From: Phoronis australis
Taxonomy: Eukaryota; Animalia; Phoronida
Assembly: GCA_002633005.1 (NCBI GenBank)
Contig: NMRA01000484.1
Location: 248,001 to 312,000, forward strand
DNA length: 64,000 nucleotides
Reading direction: 5' to 3'
Shown: one piece after another, positions 13,411-25,767 of the stretch
Numbering within the stretch: the first letter of the stretch is position 1
How the letters are laid out: every line of letters begins with the position of its first letter
The notes under the pieces: generated by a model
What the model was told of the DNA's origin: nothing
Database searches by the model: none
What the model saw: only the letters and a program-made list of their open reading frames with translations
Position numbers and translations under genes: made by a program

Positions 13411-15061
13411 TAAATTTCATGAAAATCCGTTGACTTTTGAAGATAGAGAGGTAAACGTAAAAAAATGCCACTAGGGGGCACATCGGTAATCAGATCCATC
13501 TGAAAGTCGTCATCGTCCGTTGTTAACATCATATAAATAAAATTACCAAATTTCGTAAAGATCCCGCAAACGGTTTAGGTGATACAGCCACAGGCGCAAA
13601 AAAAACAAAACTGCCACTAGGAGGCGCCACAGTAGTTGAAATCGTCGGAAAATCATCGTCAACCGTCCTCATTGACAGTTTAGTTGATAGAGAGGTGGAC
13701 GAAAAAGCAGACTCGAAAACAGCAAAAATGGCCACTAGGTATTGTAAACTGCGTCGAATCCATCCGAAAATGGGAGGATAGCGTCATTTCACTAATAGGT
13801 GCCTACATACCAAATTTCATGAAAATCCATTCAGGATTTTTGAAGATACAAAGGTAAGCCTTAAAAAAGTAAAATTGCCACTAGGGGGCACACCAGAAAT
13901 CGGATCTGTTCGAAAGTTGTCTCATGCAGTCCCATCTGCGAAAGGAACACATGTACAAAATTTCATGAACATACCTCAATCGCTTTTGGAAATAGAGCAG
14001 CAGACGCCAGAGGGACGCCGGACAGACGGATGGACGGACGGATGGACGGACGGACGCAGATGACTGCATAATGCGTCCACATATAAATATGTGGGCGCAT
14101 AAAAAGCAGTCATAGTCGCATGTCATTGGTTATAGCATTCAGACGATAACCCTGTTATGGAGTAGCCCATACTCAGCTCCTAAACAGAGCTGAAGGTAGC
14201 GTTTTTTACCACTTGGTGAAATGGTTATGAATTAAAAGAATGGGAGGAAAATTCTTGATCAGTGTGTTAGTACTAACCAAATCAAATTCCCTTAACGTCT
14301 TTAGAAAACTGCAAACAGTCTTACTGGTACATTTTGGATCATTTTACCTTCCTCTAACAACAACGAATCAAATCGTATGCCATCTTGTGAGCTCATGACA
14401 TCATGAAGTGACCCCAATGCCAGCCAATGAGTCCAGTGAATGCTATTAATTCATGAGTTGAGCAGTTGGTTGAAAATGCAAATGGCAGTGACAAGCGAAA
14501 AGTAAAAAGTTAAATCTTTGAGTGAATAATATTCGCAGTATAATTTCTTGAGATTCATGTATTCACGCGATCACAATTTCAACACGTGCAGGTTAATGCT
14601 TGAAGTGTAATTTGAGTGTGATGTGTATGGCAGTATGGCACCTAATTCTACACTTTCACTGAGTGGAATTCCAACCCTGTTTAAGGGCTGGCATACCCAC
14701 TAGCAATGCAGCTGCTCAATGGATTTACATTTTGATCAATAAAATAAAGTATACTACAAACAACATGTACGGAAACAGTTGTCCTAAATATTCAAAGGAT
14801 ATGTCACCTGACCCCAAAAATTTATGACTTTAGCTGTAAGAAAACATGGCTGTCGATGGATTATTTTCAGCATGAAGCCAAGTAAATTTCACACTGGGTA
14901 ATACGATTGTATAAGAAAGGATCAAAGAACATCAAAATAGACAATGTTTATCGACAGGTGAGTATGAACTTGTTGGCCTATCTGGTATTCAGTATATTTT
15001 CAATCAAAAGTTATCGCTACCTACTGGCAATAACTATGCATATCCCATGCCGTGTGCTGTG

Positions 15062-15335
15062 TAAAAAAGGCCAGTTTCCGATTTTGGGAAGTGAACGAAG
15101 GACTACTCGAAGACAAAGTTTGAGAACAGCAGTATTTGTTCGAGTTGGAAGGACTTAAAGACATCGATGGCCTCCTACGGAGTCCCTCTATGTGGAAAAT
15201 GTACTTAAAACAACATGACATTGATGTTTTAACCAATGTGAGGCATAATTCGTCAAAAAGCTTCTGGTGTATGAAGCTCCTATAGGAGATTCACCGTCTA
15301 TACTGGGGAGATAGAGAGAGTGGTCATTGTCTACC
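15062..15335. mobile_element. Solo diverged arm of the foldback element at 37795-38728
   Basis: Colinear with 38455-38728 (agtatttgttcgagttgg...aggcataattcg...ggtcattgtcta). Confidence 0.75.
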
Positions 15336-15364
15336 TGTTGTCTAGCTTCATCGAGGATATGTAT

Positions 15365-16550
15365 AGACCTAATTCACGAGGCGGACATTAAAATCCAAAG
15401 TGAGGCTCACTGCGATAAACAAAGCGGAAGTTAACATTGCCTGAGTTAAATGGCCGTTCTTTCGAGTCCAACCTGGATATTAAATCTTAAAAATGTGTCG
15501 CTAATTAAATACAGGGATGTAGAAAAATACATTAGAGAACAAGTCAAATGTACCAAAGAGTTGTCTGACGAAAGAGTATAATTTTTTTTCGGAAAACTAG
15601 GTTCAAAACATGAAAAGTAAATAATATGACTAAACTACGACGATCGTTGTGTTACGGATTAGGTATTAGGCTGAATGCAGGGATATGTTTCTTCTTGTAG
15701 TTGTTGATAAAAATGCTTTCTACACGAACCAGGTCATCTGCTTGTATTTTGTTGATGAGTTAAAGATATATTCGACAGTGGTGGCTCATCGCATTTTGCA
15801 GTCATGTGCAATTATTCACGTCTGGTTTAACGTTAATCAAGAATATTAACATCAAGCATAGCCTGGCTAATGGTGAGGTAGTGACTACCAGGACTAACAG
15901 TTGATTTGTCATTGATCTGAAAGAATAACTGATGTTATTAAATATCTTTTTATTAAAATAAAAAACAGACTCGTAATTGAAAATAAATATCATTTGACCA
16001 TTCTTTAAATTTTGAAAAAAAAATAAAAACAAGCACAGCCACAGAAATCGCTTAGGCATTACATCCAGGTTCTCATTCACTCCCTTGCACACATTCACAA
16101 GTAATTATTTGACCATCGATTCTTCTTTCTTGGTTTTAATAATTCTTACGTTTATTTCATGTGTTAGGTTTCAAATATCAATCAGTGGACCAAGTTGAAT
16201 TTTAAAATTAAAACACCTAATTCGTTCCTTCAAAACATAACCTGGCTGGCCGAAAATTCTCTGCTCATTGGTATGATGCTCGGCATCCAAGATGCGACAA
16301 AATATGATCTAACTTTTCGAAAACTTATAAATTTTACACAGACATATTTTCCTTCATCGCGGCATATGGCAACAAACCTACGCTTCCTAATCTCAACGTC
16401 CCTAGGGATTGTGAAACAGACAGTTGAGTGTCCGTATTTTTTCTAGCTGTTCGAGCAGCGCTGAATACAACCAGTATGCCGATAAGCCAACAGAGCTATC
16501 GTAGCGAGCCTCGTTTTGGAACACCCCTCCTGTCGGCGTGAATTAGGTCT
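15365..16550. mobile_element. Non-autonomous ISL2EU-like DNA transposon with AT target-site duplication
   Basis: TIR agacctaattcacg...cgtgaattaggtct with AT on both sides; the uninterrupted paralogous site at ~16760-16800 has a single AT. Confidence 0.8.
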
Positions 16551-16955
16551 ATAGAACCAGAAAGGATCAATGAAGAAAGTAAGGACTTGTTAAGAAACAA
16601 TTTTAGGTATAAAATGTATTTTCGATTAGGTGAAAACAACTTATTCGGTAACCGTATATCGGCTACTTCCCATTTAAAATACACAGAATGAAATTACTAC
16701 AGAAAGTGATGGGGAGTATTGTAGCCCCTGCATAGCCAGCCGAGGGGATACGTGTTGCCTAGTTTCATCGAGGATATGTATAGAACCAGAAAGGATTACT
16801 GAAAAAAGTATGCATTTTGTAAGTGTATTTTTGACAAAGTGAAAACCACTCGTTTCAGTGACCGTATTTCAACTACAGGGTATGAGAATAGTACAGAAAC
16901 TGATGGGGAGGACTATAGCACCTGTATAGCCAGCCGAGGGGTTGAGTGTTGCCTA
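16551..16955. repeat. Diverged tandem duplication (~200-230 bp units) hosting the ISL2EU insertion
   Basis: agaaccagaaaggat...tgatggggag...tagccagccgagggg occurs twice. Confidence 0.75.
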
Positions 16956-17699
16956 TCGTTATGGAGGCAGTGACAAATTGGGAATCCAAGTTTAGATGTC
17001 CTATTTTCGAAATCCGCTAAATGAATCTGCCCCTCCGCCTCGCCTCTGGTCAGTGGGATAGTCATCTTAATAACGAAAATAAAAAGTGCCCCCTGCGCCA
17101 TAGATGAGTCCTGGACAACGGACATGTTTATTTTTACATGGTCCATGACACGTCAATTAATGAGATTTCGTACATTTGTAAACAATCAAATTCAAAATTG
17201 TGAACACACTGCCTTGGCTGGAGTGGAGAGCAAACACGTTTTGTGATTTGCTCGGGAAACACCCCGTACATTTCACATTGCATGAGCAATTTCTACCACA
17301 ATAAATCCTAAAAAGCGAACTTACATAACTTCTTGTCGATTGGGTGGTTAGATGTGTCCATAACACGCAGTTATAATAGAATTGAACAACGAGTTTTTGA
17401 GAAAAGTTCGAAGAACTTCAAACCATGTTTTCGCAACCAACAAAGCGTAGAATTGTGGGTATGACCTATTTTTAGTAGCGTTAAAATAAACCGGAAGACT
17501 GGGGTTTTCCCGGAAAATTTCAGGCCACCTCGAGTCTTCGTGAGGACAGTGGAGAGCAGTCGCCAAACAAGTTGTGCTGCATTATAGGACGAAAACCAGA
17601 ATTGTTTTATGAATGTTTAGACTCACAGGAGACCTGATGATATATGATCAATTCTGCAGAATACACTGCTTTTCTTCACCCTATTAAGGCTTGAACATT

Positions 17700-18480
17700 C
17701 CGTAAGAAAAATGAAGTTACCTTGAAGATACCACAAATACTTTCACGTATCTTACCGAGGCAAGAAAAAATGTTTATAAGGTTTTGGTTAGCCAAATGCA
17801 CAAAAAAAAAACAAAATTTGAAAAAATGGGAGACAGTTTTAAATACTTCGCTAACTACTGAGTGATAACGGAAAGCTCACAGTTTTGCTGTTAACTTCAC
17901 GAATCAATTAAAGTGTTTCAAATTCGTTTGACGTACAGAATCCATAGCACTAACACTTTTTTCTTAAACATTAGAGTACCTGTTTCACATATGTACAGTT
18001 TTTGTGGGGAAGAACAAGAGAAAATTGTTCATTTGTGTCGGTTGTTTAAATTTGTGCAATCTTTTTGGTCCTCCTTACTTCAACTTCATTGGATAATTCT
18101 AAGAATTAATGTCTTTATCTATTGATGACATAATCTTCGGCACATTCACAGGACCAAAATTTTTGAATTTAATATTAACCTGAGGCAGGTGTCATATATA
18201 CCGCCAGAAATTTGTCAAATGCTTGCCGTGTTTCAATTTACTAAAAACAGAAATAAATTTGGGAAATTTATTTTCCAAAACAATTGTAAGTTTTCAATAG
18301 TTGATGGACCCTATGGTTCTTTTGTTTGCAGAATCCTGACAATATTAAGAGGCGCTGGGTGAATTTGAGCGATTGATAAAGCAGATAATATTAATATTGT
18401 TCATACTTATCCCAGTTCAATTTTCCCCTGTTTATGATGTCTGTGAGTATGATTGAATAAATTTTTCAAAAAAAAATTTA
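17700..18480 (+). mobile_element. Degraded L1/Tx1-type LINE 3' end (zf-RVT region)
   Basis: FQIRLTYRIHSTNTFF...YSFCGEEQEKIVHL...VQSFW resembles the L1/Tx1 ORF2 zinc-binding tail; aataaa and A-tail near 18456-18476. Confidence 0.7.
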
Positions 18481-20209
18481 AATATCACATGTGTGGGCTA
18501 CTTATGTTTAAAGACAATGTTACCATTAAATGTGATCTCGTGATAAGCAGTGACCAGCCGTAGCCGCAGGCGTAGCTGAAGGTGGGGCGGGCCGGGAGAA
18601 ACTGCCAGGGCGACCTGTTAAACATGACAAAAGTATCGATATTTTCGCTCGAAATTCAGTATGGTTATTAGGAAATCATTAATCACGTATAGTGGAGTTC
18701 ATCTGCCACAGACGCTGGCTGTGTTGATGAAATTGTCGGACGTTAACAAGATTATTTTTTTCGCCCAAGATGATTTTGACTACATGTCAGTCGGAATAAT
18801 AGTCTGCAAGGATCTTTAGATGCTCGAAGTATTGGTAGTCGTAAAAAGAAGACTGCTGCAATTTCTTAAACACGTGATTTTTGTTATTCTGAAACCGAAG
18901 GCAACCACTGGAATCGGTCACTTGTGATCAGTGAGTTCACGTTACCACGCATAGAATTCTGAAAATGTCTTATGCGAGGGCCCCCCGCTGAATCCCCGTG
19001 GGATACCTGACTCCTATGCTCTCTTGCCTCTGCATGCATGCCTGCGGGAAGTGTCTTTTACTTACTGTTCAAAAAGCCGATTTTACACAACTGTAAAAGG
19101 CATGCAAAAAATCAAAAGGTGCACTGTGCGTGCAGTTTTCTAATTCTTTGATTAGTTTTGCCTAATTCTGTAAGAAACTGGTGTTCAAATGAGTTTTGAT
19201 ACAGATTGTATTTCGACCACCAAACATGAAGTTTCATACTCGAAAATTCCGCACAGCAATCCTTCTCAGTGGACTTATAATCCTAAATTTTCGAATAGAG
19301 ATCCGTAGGCCTACTTTTAGAACCACAATTAGTCATTCCTACTGTTTGTAGGGTTTCCCAAATGAATAGCGTCAGCAAGTGCCAAACAAAAAAGTCTTCA
19401 TGAAGGAGACTTAGGACAGTTTATTTCAGTTTGTTTTGGCCTACGCGTATCTACAAACTTATCAAATTAAACTTGAGAAAAAACCAATGGTAGTCTAACA
19501 TGAAGAGTTTGCCGCAAAGACGCCAAGTACTCAATATTTTACGATATTATGCAATTTATAAAGCATTTGAACACTATTTTTGATTTCAAATACCAGGTAA
19601 CGTATTTCATCAAAGAGATTGGTTTTTTGTTGAGCCTTTGTTACAAGAGCATTAAATAATATTATTATTAAAAATAACGACAGCAAATGTCGTAAAACGT
19701 CGAACTTGAATTTATCAAAGAATTATTTTTGTTTCAGTTAATTCACGTCAACAAAACTTACTTCACAACCCCAGCAACATAGTATTATCGCCACTATCTT
19801 GAAAATGGCGCGCTTTCTTGTGTTTGAGGTAAAATACCCCGATAGCAAATCATAAGAAATGGGGCATGAAAAGCCCAGAGTGTTTTGTTTTTTGCCTGTC
19901 AATAGTCACTTAAGTGATCAGTGGAAAGTAGATAATTGTGTTTTGTCATACTGACCTCCGAGTCATTTTGGGTCTTCTTCCTGGATCTTTACAAAGCAGT
20001 TTGACGGTCTGTCACTTGTTCAGTGCATAGCGTGGTGGGGTTGTTCGGTTCCTTTAGAATATCTAATCTAGGTGAATTTTAGCCCCTTCGTACGTCTCCA
20101 AGGGGTCGCCCCCAGCATTCGGGGCGGTGCATGCTTCTGTTGTCAGATGCTGGAACCTCGTTCATTTTGTATGCTAAGTGCTCTTGACTGTCTTGTTGTT
20201 GCTTATTAT

Positions 20210-20510
20210 GGGCGGATCCAGGATTTTGAGTTGGGGGGGCAGGGCACAGGAATAACCAGAATTTCGGCAGATACGCGCGCCCAGCTTAACATGTGGGGAT
20301 GCAGGGTCTCGAATTTCTGTGTTTGCGGACCTTTTGACTAAAAAAAGCGGTACACGGGGTTTGTTCAGGGCCTATGCATTGTGAATACACCTCCTGAATG
20401 CGCGCGTGTGCTAGTCAGCAATTTGCACCCGAACTCCCAAATGGTATCTGGTAGAATTTTAGGGGGGCCATGGGCCCCTTGCCCCCCCCCCCTCCCCCAA
20501 ATCCGCTTCT
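20210..20510. mobile_element. MITE remnant of the ggcggatccag family
   Basis: gggcggatccaggattt...cccccaaatccgcttctg termini with G/C runs. Confidence 0.5.
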
Positions 20511-20644
20511 GCTTATGATAAAAACCGATGCATTCCGAATGGTCACCCCCTGCCATATATTACCTTATAATAAAAGCTGTTCAATATGGTAGCCGTGTTA
20601 CAACAAATACAAAAGCGCGGTCTGTGTAAACATTCACTATTCTA

Positions 20645-20660
20645 CCTCTAGGTGGCACTG
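20645..20660 (+). promoter_or_regulatory. Solo CTCF-consensus motif upstream of the MFS gene
   Basis: cctctaggtggcactg is close to CCASYAGRKGGCRS. Confidence 0.4.
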
Positions 20661-22249
20661 TGTAAACCGACTGAAACCTGTCGGTGCATTTTGTCGTCCA
20701 CGTGTAAATCGTGTTTTGTGAGTGTGGCTGGCCGTGTTAAGTTTACAGAGCCGTGAACCACAACTACAGCGATGATCATGAGTTCTTCACCTTAGTAAGC
20801 CGTATTGTGAGGGTTTTGTCATGCGAGGATCACAGGTATGAAACGCTGGCCCTCTTGCTGGGCCAAGGACGCCGGGGTTGGGAGAAATGGAATGGCACCC
20901 TTTTTCAAGAGGTTTAAGAATCGATAAAGAATACAGCCTTGGAACGGTGCCTCTCAGTGAAAGGATTTGTAACCTGAGTAATGTTAAGGCCATTGGTGAT
21001 CAGATACAATGTGTTTTTTCCCCTTTTTTCTGTCCACCCATGGAGAGAGTTGAATGAAGTGAATTTGATTCAACATGATTTTTATTTGTGATGTCCGACA
21101 CCAGTTTATTGGATTATAGCAAACGGCATAGTTTTAGTTTTGTAATTTACGTTCTATTGCATCCTAAATGGGCATTAGCTATTGTATTTTAGATACTGTA
21201 GATATTTCTTGAAGTTGCAACGCGCAGATATACGTGAAACATTCGTAAGATATTTTCCTGTGGAGAATTTCTCGCTTATAGACTCACTGGTCACCGCTCA
21301 GATTCCCTAAGCCCCAGCCCGGCAACTTTTAGGATGCCTATTCAACACGGCGTTTGTATTGAGATTGATCTGAGCTAGCATTATTGTTAGTACCCCCAAT
21401 TTGGTTTTCTCTGACATTTGCATAGAGTTAAAGCCTGCAATGTGGAGAGTAGTTTTAATTTTGTACATTTTAAACATTACAAAAAGACTAAATAATTAAT
21501 TTGTGCTAATCTTGACTAGGGGCCACTTCCCAATGGAACGTTGGTACGGTTGTAGCTGGCCTAGCTGTGGCTTGATCTTGATCATTGTATCCCATATTGT
21601 TCACATAACTGTACATACAGTTACCATCATCGATGTACGCTAGCGCAATTGCTGAACTTGCTTCTATATTGGGTTCCCTGTACACAATCTCTTTTTTATC
21701 TTTGAACTCATATATCCCAGACGGGGATCAAAGTTCAAATAAACGATATAGTATTACTATACACCTGTACCACGAAAACATACCTGTCTTCCGACTATGC
21801 AGAATTCGACTTACGCTATAGCAGTAACCTACACATGCGACCAGGTACCAAACGAAGGCAGCACGTTGACCAGCCGACAAGAGTAGCTTGGCTTTGCAAG
21901 AAGATGCCTGTGTTGATGTCTCATTGTTTGGTGGCATCTTTTTATGGTATCAATTTCACCAGAATTGTCGTTTATTGTATTTGAATTCCACCCAGCCTGA
22001 TTCCACTAAGCCGGCTATTCCGGCAGATTTGAATATGCGGCCGTGAGAGCAACATTCCTAAATTTCCCGCAATCTGTGACTTCAAAAATACTTTTTTACA
22101 CTGTGGTACAGGCAGATGAAAATTTACTCCTGGCATTTTTTGTCCAGTCGTTCCAGCCCCATTGATTCGTTGTAAGATATCGCATGCAAATGAGACTGCT
22201 GGACTGTCAGTTTTGCGTATTTTCGTTCGGTTTTAATCAGCTACATGAG

Positions 22250-22353
22250 GTAAGCCCAGCCATCAAAGAAGGTAAAATTCAAATGAAATCAGTTTTTGGA
22301 CTTTGCGCGAGGTTTTTAAGTCTTTTTAGTCCGCATATTCTTTGTATTTTCAG
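22250..22353 (+). other. Probable 5'-UTR intron of the MFS gene
   Basis: gag|gtaagc donor and tctttgtattttcag| acceptor, 104 bp. Confidence 0.55.
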
Positions 22354-22743
22354 GTTTTGTGCTTGTCCTGTGGAAAAGCAAACTGGGACTGAGTGAACCT
22401 GGTTTTACACGTATCAACCCTGATTAGACATTGAAGCCGAACTCCAGTTCGTCACTGTGAACATTCTGCTTTATTTTCTTGGGCATACACACGTTATGAC
22501 CGAAGTTACGCGGGAAAGAGAATTTGCCGTTTGACTCAAGCAAATAGTGGACTAGAGATCCAGCCTCGTGCATAGAATTATGTTACAACACGACATTCTT
22601 AGAAGCTGATGCCACAGAAGGATACCTCACTTCAGACATTGCCAGTGGTATAACACACGCAGTGCCGACGAAGCCTGGCTTGTGCACAGGACAAATAAAA
22701 AAGATTGCCTGCAGTGACTGCTTATAAGTTATTATTTTTTAAA

Positions 22744-24183
22744 ATGGAAAGCGAATCACAAATCGAAGATTGCAATGCGAATTTTGATTGCGCAAAAGAA
22801 GAGGAAGAGGTGAACAATAATCAAAACAACGTTGGCGAAAAACATTCTGAATCGATTTTCAAGAGAACAGTGTATTGTACTATAGGGGTATATTCCTCTG
22901 TGTTTTGTCTTGGTCTTGTTGGTTCTTTAATTGGGCCTTCTCTGCTAGATTTACAGGAGCTATATCAAATTCCAACATCCTCTGCTTTGATTCTCGTCTC
23001 TTGTTGTAACGCCGGTTACCTCACTGGCACATTGCTAGGTGGTTACACATTTAGCAAACTGAATGACACTTTTTATTTCCTGTTGGGCAGCAGTGGTATG
23101 GCCGTTACTTTGAGTGTGGTGTTGTGGATTCCATACTATCCTATCGTCTGCGCCATTACTCTGTTGAGAGGAATCTTCCAAGGATTCGTGCAAGTGGCAA
23201 GTCACGTGTACATAATGGCCACGTGGAGAACCAACCGTCACTTGAAATCATTGACAATGGTCACGTCGGTTGCTTGGTCGTCCGGATCATTCTTGGCGCC
23301 AATTATATTGGAACCGTTTTTGTCTGAAGACGACCAAGACCTAACAAAGGCTTGCGCAAATGTCACCAACGGCTGTGTTTCCCTTGACGGTAGAGGCACA
23401 AAGATTCGGTACGGTTGGCTTACGATCTCGCTTATTTGCTGCATGGCCGTTGCATTGAATGGCACTTCGTTTTGTTGGGGCAGAATGCAATTTAAGAAAA
23501 GAAAGATGGCAACCGAAAATGCAAAAAAGATAACAAAACAGACAAATGTCTTTCGTTTCCTTGTGTCTTCTTTTGCATTTACTCTGTATTTTTTCTACAT
23601 GTGCGTCGAACAAAGTCTCGCAAGCTTAATGACAGCATACGTTGTTAAAGGACTTCTATGGGAAAAGTACAAGGGTCCCCTTATAACTTCTGTTTTCTGG
23701 GGCCTATTTGGACTGTCCCAGTTGGTTGCCGTATTCGTCACAAGAATCGTTAAGCCTGCGAAGATCATACTAACTCATTTTGCATTTGTGAGCATTGCAT
23801 TGCTTGTATTGAGTTTGACAGCTCACCTCAGCGAAACTGTTGTTTGGGTGTGTGTAACTGTTCTGGGATACAGCGCAGGACCATTTTTTCATTGTGGCTT
23901 TTTACTCATAAACAAACATCAGCCAATAGATGGTTGCCTTTCTGCAACCATATTGTGTGCCTCGTTTATATCTTCTATGATTAACGTCCCGTTGTTAGGA
24001 TACATTCTCACCAGTTATGGTCCCAGTGCCATGACATTCACCCTTTTGGGCTTTGCAGTGGCTACAATTGTCACTCTGTGTTTGATGACGTGGCTTACAC
24101 GACGCTACAAAACGAAAGAACGACTTAAGATGTCAGCCGTTGAAGTGCCCGAGGAGCGTGTGGAGTTAAATAGAAGTGCGTAG
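22744..24183 (+). CDS. MFS transporter, sodium-dependent glucose transporter 1 / MFSD4-like, 479 aa, single coding exon
   Basis: About 12 hydrophobic segments; GPSLLDL in TM1, GSFLAP, EQS..SLMTAY and TSVFWG motifs typical of the MFSD4/NAGLT1 (FucP-like) family; ATG in aaaATGG context. Confidence 0.88.
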   Translation: MESESQIEDCNANFDCAKEEEEVNNNQNNVGEKHSESIFKRTVYCTIGVYSSVFCLGLVGSLIGPSLLDLQELYQIPTSSALILVSCCNAGYLTGTLLGGYTFSKLNDTFYFLLGSSGMAVTLSVVLWIPYYPIVCAITLLRGIFQGFVQVASHVYIMATWRTNRHLKSLTMVTSVAWSSGSFLAPIILEPFLSEDDQDLTKACANVTNGCVSLDGRGTKIRYGWLTISLICCMAVALNGTSFCWGRMQFKKRKMATENAKKITKQTNVFRFLVSSFAFTLYFFYMCVEQSLASLMTAYVVKGLLWEKYKGPLITSVFWGLFGLSQLVAVFVTRIVKPAKIILTHFAFVSIALLVLSLTAHLSETVVWVCVTVLGYSAGPFFHCGFLLINKHQPIDGCLSATILCASFISSMINVPLLGYILTSYGPSAMTFTLLGFAVATIVTLCLMTWLTRRYKTKERLKMSAVEVPEERVELNRSA

Positions 24184-25767
24184 TGGATGGGAGGATGTTG
24201 GACACTTTTAGGGGTGGCAACGAGAGCCTTTGATTTGCGTGCAGCTGTGCGGATCCTTGTGTAAAAGGCCCGCCCTCATATTCACCCGTTTTGCAATGGT
24301 AAAATAACGCATTGTATCCTGGCCTAATTTGCGAGAGGTTGGTGCATTTCTGAGCTTAGGCAAACATATCGAACGCCACGCATGCAGCAACGATTTTTTT
24401 TGTGGGAGCATTACAACTCATATTGTTCAACTATAAATCTTTTGCACTATTAGAATGAGGAATCGCATATTACTTGTGTTGCTGTGAAAAACAATGATTA
24501 GCAATGGACTATATTTGCATGGCAAAAAACTAAGGCTACTCATGGCTCGCAGCATGCGAGAGGATACCCTCTGCCACAGCGCCGCCTGTATGGAAATGTG
24601 ACCCTCTGTCTTGATAATGAGCGACACACGGTGCGTGGGAATCGCTACGAATTTGTTGTAGATTTTTTCTTGTACAGTTGCGCGGGAATGCGTCTGAAAA
24701 AATAGTGAATCGTTTTGTTGTTTTGTTCGACACCTTGTCAATTTGCTTGAGCCAAAAACCCACTTCAGATTTGGCTGCAATGCATTGATTTAGCGCGTAC
24801 TTCGAGTGGTTTGCAAATTTGTATAAATAATGCTTTTTGTGTTTAACCTCAGGTTCTCTAGTTGGACAATAAATTTTAACTGTCATTCAACGTTGGTGAC
24901 ATCTCTTTTGCTATTTTAGCAGGCCTGTAAAGATGTAAACATTATTCTGGAGAGGGTGGGTACAGACTAATACGATTTGACCAAGCCCGGATTTCCCCGC
25001 TTTCCCAATGTAAACGCCCTGACAGTGCGGGACGCCAGCTGCTGCACGCTTTCGCCTATGATAGGCGCAGCGTATGAACTTTAGTTTCAGGGGTGAGGGC
25101 CCGTGGAGGCACCCATTTTTCAGACAAAAGTTTCATTATAAGTGACAACTTTTAGTTCTGAGCACGCGGTGAAGCGGTTAGGCAATGCTTTTGTACCTTT
25201 CATTACGGCGTTTTCCGTTGTCTCAGCTTGTTCGATTCTATAGCCCAACAAGTTGGGAAGAACACCCCTGTAGCCAATATCTTACACTTATGCCTGGAGG
25301 GTCAGCTCTCTTGTTCGATAATTGCCCTTAACTCCACTTAGATCATAGTCTAGGCCTATCTGGCTGGGCTGTGCTGCTAAAATAAAAGTTAAGTTATAAC
25401 ACATGTGAACATAAACCAATAGCATATCTGAAATTCTCGTCAAAAGGTGATCATGTTTAGTGTTTGAATTGCCAAAATTGCCCAACTACAACCGAAGTTA
25501 CGACAATCTATTCTTTCGGAATGCGTACCAATTCGCTCTGGGTTTGGCTGTGTTCCCCTGTGGTCCGTAATAAGCCTGGTAGATAATTGGCCTGCCAGTT
25601 GTCATACCAGACAAAAGACTGAGCTTGGCAGTTAACAAAGGAGCTAGATGTTATCACACGCTCACAACCCTCGACGTCTGGTAAAGTCACCACTGAGCGG
25701 AAAAACGCCGTTATGTTATAAATTTCACCTATTATGTTGCCAAACATGTAGTGCAAAAGTCATGCTT

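Larger units (their letters stand above)
11941..14105. mobile_element. Helentron-associated non-autonomous element, copy 2 (contains a captured insert)
   Basis: 5' subTIR atgcgcccac (11967-11976); ~150-bp core repeats; (GGAC/GGAT)n microsatellite ~14012-14060; 14-bp terminal hairpin 14071-14100 containing the inverted subTIR gtgggcgcat; flanked by A-runs. Confidence 0.85.

Noticed and set aside
13411-13483. N-terminus MCPLVAFF... of the 101-aa USP ORF
   Set aside because: Comes from the flanking repeat; the catalytic Cys box is absent, so this is not a functional enzyme gene
4930-14105. Regularly spaced ccactag motifs as a CRISPR or integron attC array
   Set aside because: The spacers are homologous to each other, the context is eukaryotic and no cas or integrase gene is present
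22705-22743. TTG start for the MFS ORF
   Set aside because: In a eukaryote the in-frame ATG at 22744 with good context is the likely start
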